DNA of 64,000 nucleotides, taken from the NCBI GenBank assembly GCA_964187785.1, contig OZ076409.1, forward strand, positions 13,332,001 to 13,396,000, given 5' to 3'. Below, piece by piece: positions 48,457-58,600 of this stretch (position 1 is its first letter; every line of letters begins with the position of its first letter). The position numbers were made by a program, and so were the translations under genes. This DNA is from Amphiscolops sp. MND2022 (Eukaryota). The notes under the pieces were generated by a model that saw only the letters and a list, made by a program, of their open reading frames with translations, was not told the origin of the DNA and ran no database searches.

Positions 48457-50669
48457 GTCCCCCCACTTTTCATCTGAAGCAGAGAAGCGAAAGAAAATGC
48501 CAAATCATGCCGACCATCTTGAGAAGCCATTTTCCCGAATGTTTGGTTTTGGGACCGGAGCAGTTGGAAGCCATTCGATTCAAAGGAAATAGAATTCTAC
48601 TCATAGGGGAAGTGGGCTGTGGCAAATCCCTTGTTCTTTTAGCACTTCTTTATAAATATACTGCCAAGTGTTTGAGTTTGTTGGAAAGCCCGAAATACTT
48701 CAACGTGGTGTTTGTAATTCCCGAGCAAAAGACTGAATTTCGAATATATGTGGAAAAGTTCATTCAAGAACATTGCAACTCTCGCTACATCAGAATAGAG
48801 AGCTCAATTTGGAGGGTTCAGAACTACAGGGACGTGGATTTGATTCTCATTGATGAATTGTATTCTTGCATAGCCGATTTCGATTCTCTTAGCAGTATAA
48901 AAATTTCCAGAAAAATTAAAATTTGTGCCGCTGTTGTAACAATGTATTTTGACATGGCACAACCTCTGGTAAAACCCACATTCTATAATGAATGGACACT
49001 TTTCTACTTGCGCAATTCATACAGAAGCCCAGTAAACATATCATTACGATGTGCTAAGGTTAGAAGAACTTGCATGCCTTGGAATCCTCATTATTCAGAT
49101 CAATCATTTGATTTAACTCTCGCAATGACCTTGAACAATGGTACCAATGTAAATGATGACCGCTCTGTTCAAGTGTACAAGTACGGAAGTGAAATTGACT
49201 TCCCGCCAAAAATTTTCCCGAATGAAACAAGGTTGCTGGTTGCGTTTGGATTGGATACGAAGATGCAACAATGCTTATGTGATGTCCAAACAGACTTTTC
49301 AGCTGTTGAAACCATAAAGTACCATCGTACCGCTAAAGCTACTCTTGAAGGAGATCTCACGTTCACAGGGTCTGAGTATCAAACAGTTATCATTATTCTT
49401 GGGCGTTTGCCACCTAATTTTGACAAAGAATTTCTCGGCATTGTTCTCTACCACACCATAAGCCGCTCTTTGGATCGATTGTTTATACTTTGCCACGAAG
49501 CTGATGAAGATTTTATGAGCAAGTTGATGAAGCTTGACACGATTGACTTCTGTGTTTTTCAAAAGTTGCAGAAAAAACAAGACGTTGCTGTGGATGACTT
49601 CGAGTTAGTCCGAAGTGAAGAAGAGAAAAAAGATGTCTTGAGAATCCTTCTTTTGACCAGAAATCATGGTCAGTTCTCGAAGATGCTGCATGTTTTCGAG
49701 GCTAGTCCTGATATCTCAGCTTTTGTTGAGAATAAACTGATGAGGTATTTTCCTCTAGGTGAAAAGGGTGAAATAATGCTTATGCTTAGAGATTTTATGA
49801 AGAACCGTCGTTCCATTTCACAGGAGGAATTTATCCTATCCTTCATAAATTCTGCGGAATTTCTCACAACGCTGGATCAATTGTCAGTGCGGAGAAATAT
49901 ACTTCGCGACTTTAAAAAGTTGTTGGCTAAAAATATTGACCAGCTCGATTTTGATATTGGAAAAGTAGATATTTGCAGAGTGGCAAGAGCGTGTATTATT
50001 TGGGGTGACGAGGAAATCTTTTTACATGCCGCAGTAGTTGTGAAAAACTTCGTTGCCTCAGTATCCTCGCAATTGATTCAATTGGCTGATGAAGCCTTAC
50101 CTGGCCATTTAAAACCCTTGTTCAGTCAGCTGCTCCAAGGCGAGGAAGCAGGGCTTGAGGAAATTCGAGAACTATTCCAGAAATATTCTGTTACAGGAAA
50201 AGGCGATAAATTAATGTTCGAGTGGTCTGAAATGACAGATATGTTTCTGCATTTTTGCACAATCGATTTTTTACGAGGTACAAGTTTATGCTTAGAGAGT
50301 GAGCCAATTTTCCTGTTGCTCCAAGCTGAATTGAAACAGTTGATTCTGGGCAATAGAGAGAGAATCAAAGTTCCACCAGCTGTTATTGTTCCCTCAATGG
50401 GCCCTCGCGATTTCGAAATATGGCACAACTTAGATCAGCATTTCAGCGTTTGGCATTCCGTTGACTCCACTAGCGAAGCCGTTCGAGCAATTGATGGATT
50501 GCTGAAAGCAGCTAACTGTACTATTGAAACTCACAATGAGATCCAAAGATTACCTCAAAGTTCCGAAAGGAATCCGCTTAAAGTAGTTTTATACTACACT
50601 ATATACTCAGTAATCTTCTTTTGGTCTACCCTATTTTTGAGGAAGTTATTCCGATTCCCAAAAAAGTGA
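48457..50669 (+). CDS. Terminal exon: SF1 helicase-like P-loop NTPase (Schlafen/DUF2075-UvrD_C-like) + helical region + C-terminal hydrophobic tail
   Basis: An intact 720-aa ORF that stays open upstream to acceptor TTTTTTATTCCAG. Motifs: Q motif LGPEQ, Walker A GEVGCGKS, Walker B LILIDE, LRNSYRS, FTGSEYQTVIII and LYHTISRSLDRL. Ends VVLYYTIYSVIFFWSTLFLRKLFRFPKK. Confidence 0.85.
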
Positions 50670-50711
50670 TTGCAGATCGAATGAATTTGACAAGTTATCG
50701 TGTCATTTCAG

Positions 50712-53700
50712 ATGGCTAGGAATGTAGTTGACCCTGATGAGAACGCTGAACGTTGTCCAAATGTTGACTGTGCTCTGTTCCGAATTCCTTTGAACGTTTT
50801 GGAATTGATATGCTAGACTCTCCTGCGATATTGACTCTCCGCTTCACTTGTTCTACATTGGCTGCTCTGGTCGATGACTGGTGGTCCAAAATTGTCATCT
50901 CTTCACCTCGTTCCTTTTCTCACGGATTCCCAGACTTCAAAGTTGTTCACGATTTCGTGAAAGAACGTCAAGACAAAATAATCTGTGTCGTGTGGCATCT
51001 CGAAGTTGTGAGGCTGATTGAATTTCTGACTGATATTCCCAAGTTAACTTCATTGGTCATTACTTCGCCGCTGAAACCAACTCATTTACGCCTACTACGT
51101 GAAAAATGCCCCTTTATTTCAACGTTGCATTGCCAGAAAATTCGCCCCTTGCAACAGAGTTTTTGGAAAGCTTTAGTGGAATTCGCTTATTTGCGAAGAC
51201 TAAGTGAGTTTTGTTTATATACTGTTCCGCCAAGTCAGTTTTGCGTTGCCAAGTGGAAATCCAAATCAAAGGCGATGCATGATTTCAAAAAATACTGTGT
51301 CAGGCGGAGAATTAGCAGTCTTCTGAAAGATACCAATTCTATTATTTGAGTACTTAATTACTTGATGGAGATCTTAATTTTCAATTTAACACCTCCATTA
51401 ACAACGTTGATGGCGAAAAGTGAATTGCACTTATTAAACACAACAGGACGCTTAGTGAGCAACGGGAAACTTTCCGCCCTGAATTTTTAAAGCAGTTTCA
51501 ATTCAAAAAATTGTTCGAAACTTGGAAAAAACTTTAAAATTCAAACATTCTTAGTAGTGTTAAAATTCGATGATAATGGAAACTTTTCTATGAACAGTTA
51601 CGATTCCTAATAGAAAGCTAAAATGTGAAAAAAAATGTAGACCGTAATTACCGACGAGGAAATTTCTGCTAATCTTTAAATTATTCGATTTTTTAAACAT
51701 CAGGTATTTACGTTGATAAGATTCGTATTTTGTGTAGAAAGCAATATTTTGAGCCAGAATTTTGAGAACTTTTCTACTGCTCTCAATTTTCATCAGGTCT
51801 GACGAATGAGAAGCTGTCGCTCAGCGTTTCCCTGGCAGACGATGTTCATGACTTTTTTCAACATACTCCTCAACTTGAACATGTGGATCTAACGTCTCTT
51901 CTCAATTTTAATGGACTTCTTCTGCGGTCTTTGGTCTCTTACCATGGCAGACATTTAATTGAACTAGTTATCAAAGCCCAAGATATCATAGATTCCGATT
52001 TGTCACCGTTAGCCAGTTGTTCAGTGCTCAAGAAATTGCACCTCATTAATTGCAGTCAACTCAGCGTTCTTGCTTTAAAAGTTCTATCAAGGTAGGCAGT
52101 GATGCTCATTTTTAGTCGAAGGAAACTAAAGGGTCCCCTTTTCAGTTTTTTCGGCATTGTGAGACTTTTCGATACGTTTAAATTTCTCTAAAGGGTCTCC
52201 CTTCAATTCTTTTGATTTTTCGCAACAGCATGGATGTTATAAAATCCCGGAGGGTCCCCCCTGACGAGCCAGTTCGGTCCTGTGTTTTTCGGGTACTATG
52301 CAAGAGAATACCTCACGCTTTGAAGTCCTTTTGATATTTTTTGCCTTAAGTGCGGCGCCGACTTATTTTTGTTATAATATATTCCCGGCTATAATTTTTT
52401 GAAATTTTCTCATTGAAATGATAATGAAGTTATTCGAATAGTTCTACAACTGCCGAATAATTTGAGTATTATTTGTTCCATGTTAAAAATTTTTGTTACT
52501 TTTACACAGAAAACGTCACTTTTCGTTGTCGCCAGGGTTGGTCGAAATGTTTTTTTTTCCGTGAACATTTATTTATTTATCTGTTCGTTTAAGAAGCACA
52601 GTTTGCGGGCTTTGTCGACTCTGAATCGTGATATGAGTCCCATATGTCAATAATCACATGGTTGAGAAGTGGCGCTCCAATGAAGCACTGCTCGGCGATG
52701 CTGACACCAAACTCGCACCCCTGTCAGCCAGTTGGGAATCAAAACCAAGTCGAATCCCTGCTCTCCCCCATGAACTTGGAGATGTGGCTGTAGTCACGTT
52801 TCCAAAAATGGAATCCAAATAGAGAGGATTATTTGTCAGTTCTTCAGTTTTTTCGTTTCTTGGATGTGAGCAACGGCGGCCTGTATTTCAGCTGCAAATT
52901 GTTGACCTTTGCATCGTGGGTCCAATAGATTACCTGCCTAGAACACGCCAGAGAGTGACTGCTGCTCACAGCTGGCGCCATCAACTTGATATTCATCAGG
53001 AACAGCGTTCTTTAGTTCTTGCCAGATTTCATACTCATCTCCAGGTAGGCACTTGTCGCCTTGTACCTTAGAGAGTGCTGCGCTAACCGGTTCAGGTATT
53101 TGCGCTAATCTGTTCAAGTAATACGAGTTGCTCAGTTGCGGCCCTCAATGATTAGTTTTCCATGTACCTGTATACCTGATCCCTTGGTTTTAAGTTTGCG
53201 TTCACAATCATAGCAATATCTGACTCGGAGGACAGATGCCGAGTGAGTATTTCCCAAGAACTTAATAATTGATGTTTTTCAGCGTTTACTCCTCTGTTGT
53301 TTCTGCAAGCAATGTTTTTTTTGCTAAAAGATTAAAGATGTGTGCTTGGTAGGCTCATGTATGAACACATTTGGCATCGAAGGCTTGTCAACCAATAACG
53401 AGAAGAAATACTCCGATGTGTGCGATTCCCCGCTAGTATCAGTATTGTAGACTAGGTTAGATTCACCTGATGCAATAAACGAGACACTAACAATGGGGTC
53501 ATTAGTCACATTGGACCAGCCATTAAGGGCTTGTGTCGCTTCCAAGATTTAACTTTGTTGACTGCCTGCTTCGTCAAAAAGCTCTTTCAGAAGTGTACTG
53601 GCTATTTTTTTGCGATGCGGAATTGCTGTACCGGGCCTCAAGATGTCAAATTGCTTTCTTAGTTGAGCTTTACCAGACGCAATAAATGCAGTGTTGGTTG

Positions 53701-54820
53701 CAATAAGATATCGTGTTATTTGAAAGTTAATGGTGTTATGTTGCTTGAGACAAATCCAAGTGTAGTTTGGCTTCGTCTTCTTCGCTGGTGCATATTCAGG
53801 CATGCGACGCCTACAATGAGTGTCCACGTGGTTTTTCATTCACGCAACTAAGGGCGCTACATCATCTTCGTACAATTGCACTGTGTAAAATCGCTCCAAA
53901 TTGGATCCTTCTGGCGAGGCAGCATGCATTCAATATCTAAAATTATTCCAGACTTTCACGAAGCATCAGCAAAATTTTTCAAATTTAAGTATAAGCTACA
54001 TACTGTGAAATATATTGCATGAAAAATGAAATATGTTTTTTTCGACCGTTTAAAACATTTTCGCCCGCTTTTCTCACTCGTGTTTCAAACGTTTCATTTC
54101 TGCCAACCTTGGTTGTCGCATTTCTTATTATCCAGAAACGAAGTTTTCTCCCGAAATTGAAAGTTTCTTTTTTTGTAATAACGAAGATTTTTGTTCCAAT
54201 ATTCCACGTATGGACAGGAATTTGAAAGTTGTGGTTTTCAATCATGACGAATGATTGGCGGTAGTAGTTTTGAATAGGAACTTGTTGGGTGTGGATAGGT
54301 CAAACCTGGCGTTACCATTGAATTTTCTTTTTCTTTGAACATCTTCAATTAAGTTTATTTAGAGGCTGTGAAACCAGTTCATAATTAGCGAGGCACTTTA
54401 TGACTGTGTAAAATGGGCGCTTTTGTCTGTACACGAAAGCGTTATACATTGATCATCACTGCCTCCAGGCTTGCAAAGCTGCAAGATTTGAAATTATCGC
54501 ATATGTGGGCACTAAGCGACCATGGCCTGAAAATGTTCCTGCTTGGGCGTAGCATGCACAGTGTTGCAATCCAGGCACTGCATTTGGAAGCATGTGTAGA
54601 GTTGACCGATGCCGGGATAGAGGACGCTCTCAGTTTGTGCCCTGATTTGAAGCTTCTGGATTTGTCTTCCAACCGGATGATCACCGGATCTTTCTTACAA
54701 AATGCCCAATCCAAGTGTCCCGCCTTGCAAAGTTTATCCATCAGGAATTGTCCTTTGCAAATTTCCAAGTCAGAATTGGATAATCTTTATTCAAAGAGAT
54801 ACAAATTATTCCATTATTGA
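50712..54820 (+). CDS. F-box/LRR protein gene, exons 50712-51203, 51797-52091, 54469-54820; frameshift near 50811 (possible pseudogene)
   Basis: F-box-like LFRIPLNVLELIC / LDSPAILTLRFTC..L..LV is split over two frames. GT-AG introns have matching phases 1 and 2. Cysteine-containing LRRs include LKKLHLINCSQLS, IQALHLEACVELTD, CPDLKLLDLS and CPALQSLSIRNC. Confidence 0.78.
52110..52366 (+). mobile_element. Degenerate HINE-like element
   Basis: TTTTTAGTCG start, AAGGGTCCCC repeats and GGCGCCGACTT; the 3' hairpin is missing. Confidence 0.6.
52533..54111 (-). mobile_element. Degenerate hAT DNA transposon (1,579 bp) in F-box intron 2
   Basis: 8-bp TSD GTTGTCGC at 52525-52532 and 54112-54119; 17-bp imperfect TIRs CAGGGTTGGTCGAAATG / CATTTCTGCCAACCTTG; transposase remnants LRPG..IPHRKKIASTLL and NGWSNVTNDPIV..DTSGESHTSEY. 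Confidence 0.88.
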
Positions 54821-55653
54821 GTTATATCGGATTCACATATAAAAATTAATTTCACGTTTTTTGGAACGATATTCAGTCAAAATGTCTTCTGGATTCATTA
54901 GATGGGCTGTTATGATTACTAACTAAAATTACTCCCAGATATTTGTTTCTATTTTTGTAATTTAGCAGAAGCCACGTTTGAGCCAAAAATGCTTCAACTG
55001 TTAATGAATTCACTGTGCTGGGTTCATCAATCTAAATTGCGTTGAATTTATCCCTATTGCGTTGAAAATAAAACAAGGGATTATAAGAACTTTTCTTGGT
55101 TCAAATCAGTTTACAAATACTTAATACATGAAGAATAACTTTTCACGCAATGATTGAAAGGTAAACAATAATCTGAACATATGAAAGAAACATGGAACGG
55201 CGCAGTTCCATTTCAGACTTCAGTAATTCGATATATTGAAATACTTTACAGGGGTCAGTTAGAATGCAACGTACTTTGGAGAAAATATATATAACCTGTG
55301 AAACCAAGTGTTTCGTAATTTTCTATTGATTACGAAAAAAATCGCTGTCCTCATTTGAATGTCGAGGTTAAGAATTGAGAAATTTTCTTGAAAAGAGCCT
55401 AATGATTGAAAAAGAATATCTCTCCCGAGGTTTTGTCTCACCATTTCCGGTATTTCCGAATATATTACCGTTTACTCATCTCCTGGGTTTGCTAGCGTTG
55501 TAAATGAGTGGCAAAAAACTCTTCAGACATTTTTCGTATCAATTTTTAAAAAAATACTATATTTCTTTATCAGCTTTCAATCAACTGTATTACATTTTAC
55601 TTGCGTGATTTCAGATATCTTGAAAATGTCATGAGACTTGAGTGTTTTCAAAC

Positions 55654-58600
55654 ATGACGTCATATCACGAAAGCAACGAGACACGTGACCGGAACCCCAG
55701 CCCCCCTGAGTCGCAATTCACGCCTTCTTTCCTCAACATCTGTGCTCCTGAACTGAAAGAAAGAATTGTGGAAAAGAACAAAGTCCTGCCACCTGATATA
55801 GTGCAAGTAATTAAGGAATGTCAGTTCAATACTTCCGAGAAACAGTTTCTGTTTGAGGAGGCCGCCGTGGATTATTTCGAGGCTGTTTTGAGAGACATCT
55901 ATGCAAATTTTCACACCCTCTATTGTCCCGGAAACTCAACTGTGCACTCGTATGATGATTTAGCCGTGAGACAGTTCGATCTCAACGTTGTGCAGAAAAG
56001 GTGAGTTTCAATTGGCCAATGACTTCGAAAAAAACATCGAATTACTCTTTCAAAAAATCACAGAAAGGTGACTTCAAAAAGAATAGTGTCACTAGAAATG
56101 AAATTTTGAGTGATAGCGGCACGTTGCTTTGTTTGACCCCCATCTTCAATGCCATATTTGTGACCTATTTGATAGTGTTTTTAAATTCAATGTTCTGTCA
56201 ATGTGGATTTTGTGATACTTTAGAATGAGATTAAATACGTTTTAAATCGTTTTAAACAGCAGTAAAAACCTGTTTTAAACAATAACGAAAAAAAAACAAA
56301 AAACGAAAACAGGTTTTTTTTTCACCTAGCCATGCCTCGCACCAAAGAAAAAGTCTTAGACCTGAAGAGTTCCGACAAGGCATGAGTCACATAGAAAACC
56401 TACTTTGGGCCTTACCTATGATGGTTCTTCTCGAACAACTTTGGGTCTTGAGAAAACTGGCAAACTCGCATTTTCGTTCAAACAGTTCAACGCTGAAGCT
56501 GATTAATTGTACTCTCTCTGCATTGAAATGAAGCTTTCAACCTTACAGTGCCTCACGAAATTGTAACAATAGAAACTTTATTCTCGAAGTTTAGTTTGTG
56601 CGCTGTTCGGAAGCTTGATGTTTTTTCTGAGCGAAATGTTTTTCGAAAGCACACGATATGCTCGCTTGCAAAAAAGTGTTCACATTGAAGCATGAAAAAT
56701 TATTCTCAAATGATTTTCTATTGTTACAATTTTGTGTGCGTGTTTTTTCCAACTGAAAAATAATTGTGAAATCAAATTTTAGCATCCATTTATATTATTG
56801 CAAACGTCAATAGTTCTAATTGTCGTTCGTATAGTATCAATAACAAGTTCAATGAAAATTATTCCACAGCATATAAAGACAAAAATTGTGGATTACTTGA
56901 AAGAGGAATGATCCTGTCGCGATGTTGCCAAAAGGGTTCTTTCGGTGAGTCACATGACTGTTTCGCGAATATTAAACACTGAAACTGGGCTACCACGAGC
57001 TAGAGCAGGCCGCCCACATAAATTATCTGATCAAGCCAAACGGAAAGTGATGACATATATCGTCAGGAAAAATTGAAAATGCCGTAATAGCTGCCCATGA
57101 GCTATCTGAGGTTACCAGACAAACTGCATCCTGAAAACGTAAGTAGGGTTTTGAGAAAGGCAGGTCTCAAGTCTATCAAGAAGAAGAAAAAGCCGTTCCT
57201 CTCTAAAAAACATCGAAAACAACGATTAGATTTTGCTCAAAAATATGCCAATAGGACAGTCGAAGATTTTAAGCGGGTTATATGGTCCGACAGACGAAAA
57301 TTAATCGAATGGGTTCCGATGGGCTGGAGTGGACATGGCGGAAACTACAGCACGGTATACAAGATTATCATGTTCAAGGTACCTACAAACATGGTGGGGG
57401 TAGCTTGATGTTCTGGGGCTGCATGACATGGAATGGTGTTGGGCAGGCATGCAAGATTGAGGGTACACTGGATAGTACGTTGTATTGTGAAATTCTAAGT
57501 GATAACTTGCTCGGTACCGCAGATTATTTTCAAATGGACCGTGATTATTTCGTATTTCAACAAGATAATGACCCCAAGCACACTTCGAGACTAGCAAAAG
57601 ATTGGTTCAATCAGAATAGAGTAAACCTAATGGACTGGCCGCCTCAATCACCAGACATGAACCCAATAGAACACCTTTGGCATGCTCTAAAACAACGACT
57701 CCAAACTTACCCAGAACCACCTAAAGGGATACCCGAACTTTGGGAGCGAATACAGGATGAATGGTTAAAAATACCCGTCGAAACCTGCCAAAATCTTATC
57801 TCAAGCATGCCGAGCAGAATTCAAGCCCTTCTTAAAGCAAAAGGTGGATACACAAAATATTGAAACACTATAGTATTATTTGTTATAATTGTTCACATTT
57901 TTCTTTGTTTCTGTTTTCATGTATTGTAGTCACAAAATTGTAACAGTACATATTCCGCAAATTACTTGTTTTTTGGTTGCTCAGGTTGTTAATTTGTGCT
58001 TACGATTTGAACCGCTGTAAACTGTAGATTTGAGACTTCAACAGATTAGTATGTTGTTTGTTTAAAGGTTTATTTATGAAAATTACAGAGAAATTTTTGG
58101 GGTTCGAAGTTTTATTGTTACAATTTTGTGAGGCACTGTACTTTAGCAAGAAAAAAACCAAAAAATTAACGTTTTTTTCACACCAAACAGCTGTTTGTTT
58201 AATTTGGGTCAAAAACACGTTTTTACCCAGCCCTGAGATTTTTCATGCCTTGACCTGTAGGAGTTATTGATGTGAATCATCGAAAGTGAGTTAAACGGTA
58301 TTCAACTGTCTACAATTCTAGAGCAATGCCATTTTCCCTGCTTTCTGAGCTCCCAAATTGCTGCAAGTGGGGCAATATCTTCAAAGCAATGCTGACATTG
58401 GGCCCGGGTTCTTCCGTCGCTTTCAATTTTCTTGAAAAAAGCCATAGTCAATCTGCCCTCTTTTTGACCCATTTTGATCTGAAAAAAATTGTTTTAAAAC
58501 ATTTGTTTAAATTTTAAAACAATTGTTTTGTACCTACTGTTGTAAAACATGACAACCCTGGTTTTATTCCAACAACATGTTGCTTCCATCTGCTAGGTTG

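Noticed and set aside
49169..50428. Minus-strand ORFs overlapping the helicase exon
   Set aside because: Antisense shadows of a long coding exon with no motifs of their own.
54290..54310. GGTCAAACCTG as the right end of the hAT element
   Set aside because: No TSD match; the end at 54111 has both a better TIR and the exact 8-bp TSD.
56240..58560. Older hAT-like element surrounding the Tc1 (GTTTTAAA repeats, CAACCCTG at ~58553)
   Set aside because: No matching left TIR or TSD was found, so there is too little support to annotate it.
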